This document shows, piece after piece, positions 23,943 to 37,868 of a stretch of 64,000 nucleotides of DNA; position 1 is the stretch's first letter; the number at the start of each line of letters is the position of its first letter. The stretch is from Zygnema circumcarinatum SAG 698-1b (lineage: Eukaryota; Plantae; Zygnematophyceae), in the NCBI GenBank assembly GCA_037447605.1, contig CM074813.1:496001-560000 (forward strand), read 5' to 3'. The notes under the pieces are model-generated. The model worked only from the letters and a program-made list of their open reading frames with translations. It was not told the DNA's origin and did no database searches. Made by a program: the position numbers and the translations under genes.

Positions 23943-26035
23943 ATGGGGAAGAAGGAGGAGGTGGATGGAGGGAGGGGAAAGGGGAGGGAGGGCGAAAGGG
24001 TGAGAGAGAAGCTGCAGAGAGAGAATCACGTTCGGGTGAAGCACGACAAACTTTTCTGCGATTGGAAGGTGTGCACAAACGGCGGATTTAGATTTCCTTA
24101 AGTCTTCCCTTTTTTTTTTTTCCCCCTACCTCAGTATCTAGTCGTTGGGAGGCTTTTGCGTTCATGCTAGAATTTCGATAAAGCAGGGGTGATGTAATGC
24201 ATGACTTCAGCATCATACGTCATGTATGTGATTAACATCATTCGAGAGTGATGTAGACTACGGCAATGATGATAGTCGGGGATGGATGAAGATAACCCAC
24301 CTGCAAACTGCTTCGCAAAACGATCAAGCAATTGCAGTTCAACTTCATATGTGGAGAGAGGAGACAGGAGAGGGAGAGAGGCAGAACGAGTATATGAGAA
24401 TAGAAAGGGCGTGTGAGCGAGGGCAACGAGAGAGTGAAGGGGAGAGAGAGAGTGAGAGAGGGGGGGGTCAAAGAAGGTCAGATTGAGATTGCTATTGAAC
24501 CCATTCCCTACAAAGGTACCTGATCTTGAACTGTTTCCGTGTGCAGCTGTTGGTTGGGCCAACGGATTGGGACGACTACGCACATGGAAAGGAGGGCGCG
24601 GCCCGTTACCATGTTCACAACTTGCCTCAAACTTACATGGGGCCCGGAGTCTACGAACTCGGAATTATGGATGGGGACAGAATTGCACGAACTTCACGGG
24701 TGGGGACTCGCACATCGACTCGAAAAATTAGAAGGGAAGATGTGGTGGCAGTCTACGTCGGGCAGGCTGAAAATATTAAGCAAAGATTGCAGAGGTACGG
24801 GCAAGGGGGGTCGCATTTGGGTCCAAAAAAGACGGGCAATACGACGGAAATTCTGGGAAAATTGAGGGCGGAAAAAGGAGGAGCAGGTGTTGAGCATGGA
24901 AACAGTTGGAGTGTTCCAGGGAACGGACAGGCACAGGGAAAAGCTGTGAAGCAAGCCTTGGATCGAGGGAAAACTGAACCCCGAGTTGAGGTCGACGTGA
25001 AGCAACCAAATGAACTGCTCCTCAACGCGCAAAACCTTTTTTCGGAAGTTTTTGCGAGAGGGTATTATCTAGTCTTTCGATGGGCTCGTGTAAGTAAAAT
25101 TTTCCTTTTTCTCAACATCCGTCATGAGAAGTGAAATCTATACAGAGCTAAGTATGCATGTATAGGATGAATTTGAGGACTGACTTTGGGTTTGAAAACG
25201 TTTGCTAAATTCTTTGAACTCTACTGAAAACTTCTACCAACATCCCTCCTGTTCTCTGTTCTCTCTGCTCCAAATTGGGGGTCCCTCCATTGGCCAAAAA
25301 CAGGCCTCCAGTAAAGAAACGGCGAAGGAGGTAGAACTGAAACTGTTACAAACGTTTGACTACGCATGGAACCACCATCATAACAAAGAGCGCCGTCCTG
25401 GTCATGTTCTCGCTTTAGTCAGTCATAGTCGACCGGTCAAAAGAATTTTCTGTTGTTACATTCCCCCCCCTTCGGTCGGACTCGCTCTCCCTCTCCAAAA
25501 GCCAAGCCCTGAAGGTGTGACGCGACGCGTCGTGACGCGACAAGGTGTCACGCGAGAAGGGCAGACTGGGAAACGGTGGGTCCCACCGTCGAAACTGTTA
25601 AACGGAACTGAACGGAACGGACCTGAACGGAATGGAACTGAACGGAATGGAACTGAACGGAACAACGGAAGACATGGAACGGATGAAAGCTCTCCGAGCG
25701 AAGCTTTGGGCATTGTACAGAGCGACTGTGGGAGGTGTAGCGTTCCGGGCAGGGAGAAAATAAAGTCTCCGGGCAGGCGAAAGATGAAGTATTCGGGGAA
25801 AAGCGTCTATAAGCAGGTGGGTATTGTTCCTACTAGAGAGGGGATGGTGGCAATGCAGCACAGGAAGGAGAGCATAGTGGTGGTAAGGGACCCCACTATG
25901 GGAGGGTTGATTTGTGGAGCAAGTTTAGGGCATGGAGAGGTTTGTGTGATGAAACCTGTGAAGGGGAGGAAACGGTGCAGCGCTCACAAGGGAGTTAAAG
26001 TGTTCTCTCAAGTGGTGAGAGACGTGGAAACGTGA
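23943..26035 (+). CDS. EFFECTOR OF TRANSCRIPTION (ET/HRT)-family protein: GIY-YIG-like domain plus a C-terminal Cys/His ET repeat; start uncertain (in-frame ATGs at 22734, 23085, 23943)
   Basis: Exon ending 24068 (KLQRENHVRVKHDKLFCDWK). Exon 24547-25089 (LLVGPTDWDDYAHGKEGAARYHVHNLP..GPGVYELG..VYVGQAENIKQRLQRYG..LFSEVFARGYYLVFRWAR). Exon 25304-26035 (KETAKEVELKLLQTFDYAWN...CGASLGHGEVCVMKPVKGRKRCSAHKG). Phase-0 GT-AG junctions. Confidence 0.85.
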
Positions 26036-26303
26036 GAGGAGGAAACGGCAAAATTAGGGTTAGGTTTAAAGTTGGGAGTAGGAGTAGCATTCGAGTTAAG
26101 ATTAGGGTTCGGAGTAGCCGGGCTGGGATCGTTTTCTTTATCATTTTGAAGACCAAAAAATGCTCTAATTCGACGGTTTTACTTATGAGGCTGAGCGAAA
26201 GGAGAATCTTCGAACCTTTAGGGATGACCTTCACTATCTCTTCTTCAACACTTGTTCAAAGTCTGCAGTTACCACCGTCGCACATAGCTTGAGTTGAGAG
26301 GAG

Positions 26304-26376
<73 letters not shown>

Positions 26377-27616
26377 CTCTCTCTCTCTCGCTCTCGCTCT
26401 TTCGCTCTCGCCCCACTCTCTCCACCCTCTCTCGCATTCGCTCTCCCTTCTTTCTCTCTTAAAAGCGTATGTGTGATTACTTGAGCTATATGTGACGGTG
26501 ACTCCTCTGTTGCTAGAAGAGAGCAGAGGAACAGAAAGATTCTCTTTTCGCTTCCTTTTGTCATAGGGTCTTAGAACAGCCGGGGTTCAGAGTTTAGGGT
26601 TCAGAGCCGGCGGGTGAAGTCCTCTTGTTTCACACTTGGGCCACTCTGTTCATCTGAAAGCAACGGGTCCGCCAATGATTTAAAAAAGATGCTTTGCAAT
26701 GTTTGGATGAAGCATTGATTAAATGCATCAATTTTTCTACTCAAAACATTTGGATTCATTGGTTTTTGGTTTGTAACAAATAAAGCTTGGCATGAAGCCC
26801 TAGACATTAAGCGATATGTTTATGTTACCTTTAAATTTCATTCACTGTGGGACGGGGCGATGTACTCCCCCTCTCCCTGCACCGCTCCCTCTTCCTCCCC
26901 CTCCCTTTCTCCATCTCCATCTCCCTCTCCCTTGCCTCTCCCAATCTCCCGCTCACTTCCTCTTGCCTCTCCATCGCTCTCTCTCTCCCTCCCCTCTACT
27001 TCGACCTCATTCTCCCGTTCCTATTCCCTCTCGCCTTCTCCCTCTCCCTCACCATCCCCCTCTCCCTCACCATCCCCCTCTCCCTTGGCCCCCCTCTTTC
27101 CCTCCCTCCCTCCCTCTCTCCCGCCCTCCTCCCCCTCCCCCTCTCATTCTCCCCGTCCCTCTCCTCTCCCACTTCCCTCCCACTCCCACTGCGGAAATGC
27201 CTGCACGACGCTATTGAAAGTGTACAGCGTAGGAGCGACATGACGTCATGTGGCGTAACGTGACGTCACTTCATCTCTCTGCATAGAACAGCTCCAAGTC
27301 GCGCTGCGCTGTTCAACGGCAATCCGTCGCCGTTAACGGCCCCCAGTCTGTCCCCCGCAAAGCCCCGCCGCAGGGTTCAGGGCCGGCCCCCTTTCTCCGT
27401 CTTCCCGCCCCCCCCTTCCCTACATAAGTCGGCCTGGTGCAGTTTCCCTTAAATTTTTAGCTGTCAATTTCTCCTCAAGGAATCAACATCGCCATCTCTC
27501 CCTTCATTCTTGGAACCCTGTTATCAAATTAGAGAGGGGGAGTTCAGGGCCAGAAGGGTTTTTCTCTCGCTCTCTCTCCCTCTCCCTCGTTTTCTTTCCT
27601 TTTCCTTCGTCAGGCG

Positions 27617-30321
27617 ATGTGGAGTGCCGCCACGTGGCGGAAAACGATTGGCTGCGCTTCTGCATCATGCGCCCGGCGGCTGGTGACGCAGATCCGCTGC
27701 ATCACTTGCGGGAGTGATGTTGGGGGCGCGGCCGACAGGACTTCTCTGCAGCAGATGATGGGTTCAGGGCCGTCCTCGGCGGGAGGCGGCGCTGGAGGGA
27801 GGAGAGGGGTTAGGGTTTTGGAAGGAGGGTGCGGGTGGCGGCAGCCATGGCTGCAGGAGAGGAGCTTCTACAGCTGTGGGAGGGCGGCTGAAGTGGGTGA
27901 GTGTCTTGCTCGGAGACACAGAGGGAAAGAGAGGGAGAGAGAGGAAGGAAGGGAGAGGGCGAGAGGGAGAGAGAGAGAGGGAGGGGGGTGGGAGGGAGAG
28001 ACAGATGCTAGGGAAAGAGCGAGAGTTTGCGAGAGAGACAGAGATGAGGGGGAAGGCGAGGGTTTAAGAGGGTTTTATACTGAATGGCGGAGCTCTGACT
28101 CGCATTTTTATGCGGTGCAGCGTGCAGAGATGGGGGAGGGTTCTGGAGAGGGTTCAGCGGTGACGTCAGCGATGGCGTCAGCAACAAGGAGGGGGCAGAA
28201 ACGTTGGTACATGCATGCCTCCCTGACGCCACTCCGAGCGCTGATGACGTCATGTTGGTAGTAATGGCTGTGCTTCTAGTATCATTTGTTGGTGTTGTCT
28301 ATGATGATGTTGATGATGTATATATTGATGATGATGATGTTGATGTATGTAATGATGATGATGGTGATGATTATGTTGATGATGACGATGATGGATGTTC
28401 ATGTTGATGTAGGTGATGATGATGGTATTATGACGACATTGATTGAATGCCTCGCTTCAGTCGGGTTATAAGGTCGTTGAGTTTGCAGGGCTGAAGAGGT
28501 TTAGGGCTTCAGGGGGTCTGCAGAAGTTTTCTGGTTTTAGGGTTTGAGTTCTTTTCACGGAACGTTCTTCTCAGCTGCCGATAAGTTTCAGTTTCCCTTT
28601 TTGGTTCCTCTTTTTTTCCCTCCTTTGACCGAATTCAAATTCCCATTCCCTTTTTTTTTCTTTGGCTGTTGACAGAATTAGCGTTACATTTGTGGAAAAG
28701 GACGGAACGGAGCGGACGATTTCTGTGCCGGAGGGGCAGTCCATGCTGGAGGCAGCCCACGACAACGAGATCGATCTTGAAGGTGCGTATATTTTTCCAA
28801 TTTTTTTGCTCTTCATTTTGACTTTCTTTTTCTCTTTTATCAGTTTTCGCATCTTGTTGTTTAGATCGGGCGTTTTTTTTTTTTTTGAACGATTTCCGGG
28901 TACCCATTTTCTTTCTGCCCATATTTTCTTTTACGGGCAGACCGAGGGTGTCTCGGTACATATATCCTCTGGCAGCAGCTAATGCTGGCCCGCCTGTTCT
29001 ATGTGGCGGTTCCAGTTTCGCTCTGCTGTCACATGTCACAGTTTTACGGAAACTTTTCCGGTTGGGTCCACAAAGGAATCCGTGCGTCTGATGACTTAGT
29101 TTTTCCTTTTTTTTTTATTTTGCAGACATAGGCAGAGCTTCTTTCGATCTCTTTTTTACCCTTTTTTCTTGAAGTAGAATTTTGAAGTTTGCTTTTTTTC
29201 CGCGCAGGTGCATGTGAAGGATCGCTCGCCTGTTCCACGTGCCACGTCATCATAATGGTCAGCAAACCACCCCTCCTATACCAATAAGATAAACCTGCTT
29301 TTGTTCACAGTGTCCCCCACTCTCTCCCTCTCCCTCTCCCTCTAACGTCTCTACCCGTCCCCCCTCTCTCTCCCTCTTTCTCTCTTCTCCACCCGTCCCC
29401 CCTCTCTTTCCCGCTGCCCCTCTTCCTCGTTTTCCACTTTCCTCTATTTCTTTCCCCACCTCCATACCCGTTCCCTCCCTCCCTCTCTCCCTTCCCCCCC
29501 TCCCCCCCAAACTACTTCCTTAAGTGCAAACCCGCCTTCCATGATATAAATAATCATAACCACAGTAGGAATTATGTCAAGATTATCAAGAGGCCACATA
29601 TTCTTTGTACTTAGTACTATTTATAGATGGTACCAAATGGGGTATAGCGCGGGTCCAACTATCCTCTCCGCCCCTTCATGGCGGAGCGGCTGAAGGCATC
29701 CGCAGAGCTCTGCAGCGTCATCAGCTTCCTGCCCCCCATGGGCTCCGGAGTTAAATACCGCTGCAACATAAGGATCAAAATTCAACTAATAGAAAGAAGA
29801 AAAAGAAAAGGAACGAAGCAGTAATAAGTATTCTGTGTTGCTTTCTTATCTAGTGCTGTATCTACAGTGACTTTTTGTCTGTGATTTGGGTTTTTTTATT
29901 TGCCGTGTCCTGCCGAACGCTGATAGAGACTGGAAACGTATTCCCTCTTTCTCTCTCACTCCCTCCTCTCTCACTGTCTTTCTCTTCCTCCCTTGGCCTC
30001 CACCAGGACGAGGACTATTACAAGAAGCTGCCGGAGCCCTCGGATGAAGAGAACGACATGTTGGACCTCGCGTTCGGACTCACGGAAACGTAAGCGCTGC
30101 TATATCCCTTTCCTCTCCTCTCTCCCGCTCTCCTTTTTTCTATCTCTCTCTGCCTCCACCCTCTCACCTCCCTCTCCCTCCCTCCCTCCCTCCCTCCTTC
30201 GCGCAGGTCGCGTCTGGGCTGCCAAGTGATTGCCAAGAAGGAGCTGGACGGGCTCCGCCTCGCCCTTCCTGTCGCCACTCGGAATTTTGCCGTTGATGGA
30301 TATAAGCCGAAGCCTCACTGA
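27617..30321 (+). CDS. MFDX: Mitochondrial adrenodoxin-type 2Fe-2S ferredoxin; extent of the first exon(s) uncertain
   Basis: Exons 28676-28782 (ISVTFVEKDG..MLEAAHDNEIDLE), 29208-29257 (GACEGSLACSTCHVIIM), 30007-30089 (DEDYYKKLPEPSDEENDMLDLAFGLTET), 30207-30321 (SRLGCQV..RNFAVDGYKPKPH*). The upstream ORF from 27617 is R/S/A-rich like a transit peptide. Confidence 0.92.
28255..28440. repeat. Degenerate (GAT)n tract in a ferredoxin intron
   Basis: Visible gatgat/gttgat runs. Confidence 0.8.
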
Positions 30322-31090
30322 GGCTTTTCAGATTTTTAGTTTACCTTGTTTTTGGCTATTTCTGGTTAATAAGGGGAGGGATTACTTTGTACCTTCCGTC
30401 GTATCCTCTTTTTTTTTAAATTTTCCCGGTAATAAGCACCTCCTAAACTTCTAATACGTGATCGACTGATGAGCATTCAGCAGTCGGTTGGTTCACTTTA
30501 CAATGATCTCGTCCTCTCTCGCGCTCGCCCGCCCTCTCTCAACGTGTGATGACTGATATTGACTTGTGCTTACTTTACTTGAACTCAAAATCTAATGTGT
30601 AAAAATAAGATGCGACATAGGAGTTAAATAGCAATGAACTCTCTTATTAAGAGGTGGAACATAGTGGATGACTTAATCAAGGGTTCAGCCGACGAGTGGA
30701 GGGCTTAAACCTACATTCAAAGGAATTAGGGTTTAGAGTTTGATTAAAAAACGAACAATTATGGCACGTTCAGGGTTTATGCTCTAGCCTCATATTTAGC
30801 CAATTTTAGTTACCAATAGTTAATTTTAGTCATCTATAGTTGTGTTTAGCACAGCCTTGAAGACTGTCAACTTCAAACCTAAAAACTACTGCAGAAACAC
30901 AAACGAACAAGAAAAGAACAAGGGAAAAAACAAATGTTTGTACCGAAAAGGAAAGCAAAACTCGAACAGTGACTGACTGCAACAATAAAATCGAATGCAA
31001 AAAAGGGACCAAAAATGATGCTAACTATGCCCGACCGACCGACTGACTGTCTAGATGCACGATATAAGAAAAAAAAAGTGTAAAAAAAGT

Positions 31091-32379
31091 CTATTTTTTG
31101 TCTTTTTTCGCTTGCCGCGCCCTCCGCTTCTCCTTCGAAGAGGACCCAAAAGTTGTCTGCACGTCCGAGTCCGCCATGTCCTCCCCCACTCGTGGTTTCA
31201 GCGATTTCTGGAACGAACGCGGAACAAGTTTTTAACACCAAGCAAGGCGAAAATGGGGTGAAACAAGGATTGCAAAAAAATCACGAAAGCACGAGAAGAT
31301 TCCACGTGTCAAGCACTGACAGCTCTCGTTACAGAAAGAAGGGAGGCTCTGGGCAAAAAAAAAAACTTAAAATTAAAGCCTCAAAAGATCAGTGAGTGGC
31401 TCGAGAATCACAATCTGGTTCGCGGATTTTGGGGGGAAGGAGGTTTGGTTGGAAGATTGGAGTGGGTTCGGAACGAGCGGGGGAGTTGGTAGTGAAAATG
31501 GAGGGAGGAGAGAGAGAGAGGGAGAGGGGGAGAGAGAGAGAGAGAAAGAGGGGAAGAACAGTGAGGGAGGAAGGGCGAGAGTGTCGAGGACGAGAGGTGG
31601 GGGGGAGAGAAAGAGAGAGCGAGAAAGATAGATAGAGAGAGAGCGAGAGAGAGAGAGATAAGGATGGGGAGAGAGAGAGTGGGAGAGAGAGCAGGTGGGA
31701 GTGATAGTCCCTCACAGCAGTGAACTAAACCCTCTCTCTCTTTCGCTCTCTCCACAAAACGTCTGAAAAAACAGAGAGACAGAAATAGGGCATGGGCCCG
31801 CTGAACCCATAGCCCAACAACCAGTGCCCCTCACTTAAACCCTAACCCCCCCGCGCCCTGTTCTCAACCCTAATTCTTCAAACGCTGAAGATGGGCTCCA
31901 GTGAGAGCACGTCCGCATTCTAATCCTGAACCCTCAGAAACCCGCACTGAACCCGAGCCCTAAAACCCTAAACCTTTAATTTCAATAAGGAAACGTCTCG
32001 TAAAAGCAAATAAACAGACTCCTAAACTTCGAACGTGAAATCCACAGTCAAACCCTTGACCCTGTAACCTAGACCCTACACCCTAACCCTTCATTCCTAA
32101 AGCCTAAACCCTAAACCTTCATTCTTAAACCCTAACCCTAAACCTTCTTCCTTCAACGCTGACCCTACACCCTAAACCTTAAAAACCCTAAACCTTAAAC
32201 CCTAAAACATACACAGTAAAAAAATAAAGCTTAAACCCTGAACCCTAAAGCTTAAACCCTAAACCCTACACCCTACACCCACAACCCACCTGGCTGAGCT
32301 CGTAGAAGCTCACGCCCACAAACGTCAAAACCGCGACCGCTCCAATGCCCACCACGGGCAAAATTTCCACAGAGTCCAT
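31091..32379 (-). CDS. Putative 80-aa single-TM small protein, B12D/NDUFA4-like (tentative 3-exon model)
   Basis: Exons 32290-32379, 31884-31919, 31091-31207, all phase 0 with GT-AG, give MDSVEILPVVGIGAVAVLTFVGVSFYELSQNADVLSLEPIFSKSLKPRVGEDMADSDVQTTFGSSSKEKRRARQAKKDKK*. Without intron 2 the ORF stops at 43 aa (31878). Confidence 0.55.
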
Positions 32380-32620
32380 TTCTGCAATTTCTTCACATTC
32401 AACGAAAAGCACCGGAATTTTTCTGCCGCTGCCCGCCGGCTCTGAACCCTGCGCTGTGCCACGACTGTCACTTTTAGGGTTCAGGGAATTGCAGATATGG
32501 ACTTTAGGGCTATTGGGGCCGTCGATTTCCACATGTCAAATAAGTACAGAATAAGATCAACGGCTGAAATCAGGATCCACCTTTGACTCGGAATAAAAGT
32601 ACCAAAAATCCATTGCAATC

Positions 32621-33173
32621 CACGTGGCATGTTCCACGTGACAGCATCTGATTGGCCCTCGACTGAGCGTTATTATTACTCGTCCACGTGTACCGTACTA
32701 CGGTGAGGGTTCCACTTTCTGTCGTTTTGTGCAGTCGGAACTTGACTTGACTTGACTTATTCTCTGCAAGCACATCGTGCCGACCAATAACCACCCGCCA
32801 CGTGACAAAAAAGATTGAGACACGCGGCGGGCAGGCAGCGCAAATGCCACGTCACGGGACTCTCCTTTGTGCCACGTAGCAACATTCATGCCACGTGACC
32901 TGACGTGACAAGTCACTTTTTGTCCTTTTGAAGCGTATGACGTGGCATAAATTGACGTGGTATAGCACTTTGGCTGCCACGTGTATTTCAACACACTTTT
33001 GCCACGTGGTGAGCGTAAGGGGCTTCATTTCCGTACAAGACACGTGGCGCGTCGCCCGGCGCCCCCGCCCTCGTTTGCAACTTGGCGCCGGCCCAAATTT
33101 CTTTCTATTTCGTCCCATTTTAGGGGCTCACCCGGATTTGGAATTACTTTGCTTCCACGGGCGGAGGTATAAA
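32621..33173. promoter_or_regulatory. Bidirectional promoter with 13 G-box/ABRE-like ACGT elements and a TATA box for the plus-strand gene
   Basis: ACGT-core motifs near 32621, 32635, 32685, 32799, 32846, 32871, 32892, 32901, 32938, 32953, 32976, 33001, 33041, several as ACGTGGC/GCCACGT. TATAAA at 33168-33173. Confidence 0.7.
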
Positions 33174-33343
33174 GGGAGGCGCCCCCTCACAAAGAGTCCG
33201 TCAGTCCACGCAACCGCAGGGGAGAGAAGAGAGAGGAGCTTAGAGGGAGAGGGAGAGAGAGGGAGAGTGAGGGAGATAGGAAGAGTTCTGAAGGCTCTAC
33301 AGCAGCAATCGGCAGGAGTGTTTGACTACAGCAAAGCTTCATC

Positions 33344-34827
<1,484 letters not shown>

Positions 34828-36184
34828 TCACGTACCTGCGAAACCCGCTGAAATGACGGACATCTTTTCTTCTGTATAGTGCGAGGGAGGTTGATCGAGA
34901 GCGGTCAAAAAATTCCCAAAAGAGTTTAACAATGAATTAGTCAGAGAGGAAGGTGAACGATTATCGGTCTCTGCGGGACCGATGGCCATGCCAGAGGATG
35001 GATGGCAGATAACCCCAACCTTGTGTACATGATGATGTTATCTTTCACTGCTCTGCGGGCAGATTCCATGCTCAAACTTTGATTACAGTTATTTGCTCCG
35101 TTTTCATTGTGAATAGAGAAACTTCGGAATCAAGAAAAGACGAGTTTCTTTTTTGTTTCTCCTTTGTTGTGGCTTTTCATATTCTGAAATTTGAGTCGGC
35201 TGTACTAAAGTAGTTGTGACTTCGAACAATCAACTGAAAGTTCACATGTTTACAAGCACTTTGAACTGCAAACTACTGAATGATTATATTTGTTGGAATT
35301 CGTTGTTCCTACTCGCTTTCTATCGACGGGTCAAAAGTATGCAGTTTGCAGTTGACAGTTTGCGATTTTACAACTTCTGGTTCACAACTTCTCAAATTCA
35401 CCAGCAATGGGTTGTACAGCCAACCATCTGTTATAGTACACCAATTCCTCTAATCAGAAATGAGCTGAAGATAAGTGAGGCAAGATCAGGCAGAGGTGGA
35501 ACAAGCAGTCCAAAATTGCCCCCCCCGTTGTATGCTCGTAATCAGAACTAGATACAAAGTGGGTCCGAAAATCCGATTTCTCGTACAACAGCAGCGCATT
35601 GGAACTGCTTGTTTTGGCGAGTGTCACTCCCCTCCCTTTCCACACCTTCCCCGTCTTGGAGCGAAAGTGAAGAAGGGGGGGGATAGGGTGAAGGAGAGCC
35701 CAAAGTAATGCAAGAGACAAGGAGGGGGAGAGAAATCGGAGGAAAGCGAGTTGTCCAGGATGGGTGGCAGAGAGAGCGAGAGAGAGGAAGGGGGAAAGGT
35801 AGAGCCTAGGAGGGAAAGAGGGGGAGAAAGAGAGCGAGGGGGAGGAGAGAGCGGGAGAGAGAGCGAGGGGGAGGAGAGCGCGGGAGACAGCGAGAGGGAG
35901 GAGAGGCGGGGGGCAGAGAAAGCGAGAGGGAGGGAGAGCAGGGGGGCAGAGAGCGAGAGAAAGGGGTAGAGATAGAGACGAGAGGGAGGGAGTGGGGGAG
36001 AGAGAGCGAGAGTGAGGGAGGGGGAAAGAATGAGCGAGTGAGGGAGAAAGGGGTAGGGATAGAGCCGAGGGAGGGAGTGGGGGAAAGAGAGCGAGAGGGA
36101 GGGGGAAAGAGTGAGCGAGGGAGGAAGAGAGAGAGCGAGGGGAGACAGACGGAGAGAGAGGGAGAGAGAGGGAGAGAGAGCGCG

Positions 36185-37778
36185 CTATGGCAGGCCCTCT
36201 TCCTCCTCCCCCTCCTCTCCGGGGCCCTTGCGCGGCGGTTTCCGCGGGCGGTACATGTCCTGCAGCGCGCGGTCCACCCAGGCGGGCTTGAAGCGGTTCT
36301 CGAGCCACAGCACCTCCACGGTGTGCGCGCCGCGCTGCATCGGCGCCTTGCGGGTGAAGTCCGGCGCGTTCGGGTTCCGCTGGGAAACCACCAGGAGCCA
36401 CCGCCCGGTCAGGGTTTAGGGTTTAAGGTTTAGGGTTTAGGGTTTAGGGTGTAGGGTTTAGGGTTTAGGGTGTAGGGTTTAGGGTAGGGTTTAGGGTGTA
36501 GGGTTTAGGGTAGGGTTTAGGGTGTAGGGTTTAGGGTAGGGTTTAGGGTGTAGGGTTTAGGGTTTAGAGTAGGGTTTAACGCTTAGGGTTTAGGGTTTAA
36601 GCCGGTTAGCCAATTGGTCGGTTAACCAATTGGTTGGTAAGCCGATTGGTCAGTTAACCAGTTAACCGAGTAGTCAGTTGGTTGATTAGCTAGTTAGCCA
36701 GTGAGTCAGTTGGTTGCTAGCCAGGGCGAGTTCCATGCAGGGCTGTTCTGTTGAACAGGGCAGCGTCAGAACGGCTTAACAAGGGAGGGGTCGCATGGGG
36801 AGTGGTCGGATGGGTGAATGGGAGCCACCAGCCGTTGGTTGCGAGATAGGGCGATACTCAATCTCGACTTGCTCTCTCTCACGCTCTCTCTCTCTCTCCC
36901 CCTCACTCTGTCCCTCTCTTCCGTTTCTGCCTCTCCCGTTCCCTCCCTCCCCGTCTCCCACGCCTCTCTCTATCTCTCCCGCTCCATTTCTCCCTTTCCC
37001 TCTCTTTTTCTCCCGCCTCTCTCGTTTCAATCTCCTGCCCCCCCCCTCCCCTCCCCTCCCCTCCCCCCTCTCTTCCCCCAACCCCTAACCCCCCCCCCCC
37101 TCTTCTTAACTCTGATAGCTCCGAAGAACGTGCTGCCCCTCTCTCACCTTTTCGTTGTTTCGATTGTCGTACCACTCCGATGGATTGGCAAAGAAATCTC
37201 TCCAAACTCTTTCTAAAGTTGCCGTTTTACCTGTGCGACAAATTCCAACACCATACGTAAAAAAAATGCCGAATACAACCTCCCGCACAATGTAAGGACG
37301 AAAATGAAAAGAATATTCAAAAAAAAAAAAGAACACCCTCTGATTCTCATTAGTTTAAAGCAGATAAACAAACATACGTAGGCTTATTCCCCTAACCCAA
37401 AGAAAAAATAACCAGTACCCAAAACAAAATAGAGGGGAAGAAAGGCTGTCTCCTATAATATGGAAATGCTGCCTCTCACTTTCAAAGGGTGAAGATGATT
37501 CAGTTTCAGTAACCGACGACGGTTGGGATCTGTTCGAACTGTTCACATGTGAATGCGAAAACTGGTAGGAGGATTCATCTTTAGGGAAAAGCGACTCGAG
37601 GGGGTTCACCGATTTCACCACAACCTGTACCAAAAAAGGCCCCAAAAAACCTAAAAAATGGCACAAAAATACCCTTACAATCAGCCCTAGATAGCCCCAA
37701 AGAATGTCCTAAAAGCAATCTTATAAGCGAGAGAGGGAGAGAGAGAAAGCGAGAGAGAGAGAGAGGAGAGAGAGAGGG

Positions 37779-37868
<90 letters not shown>

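Noticed and set aside
31091-31177. Stand-alone 28-aa sORF MADSDVQTTFGSSSKEKRRARQAKKDKK
   Set aside because: It is more simply explained as the last exon of the 80-aa gene, given the in-frame phase-0 acceptor at 31207. It cannot be fully excluded.
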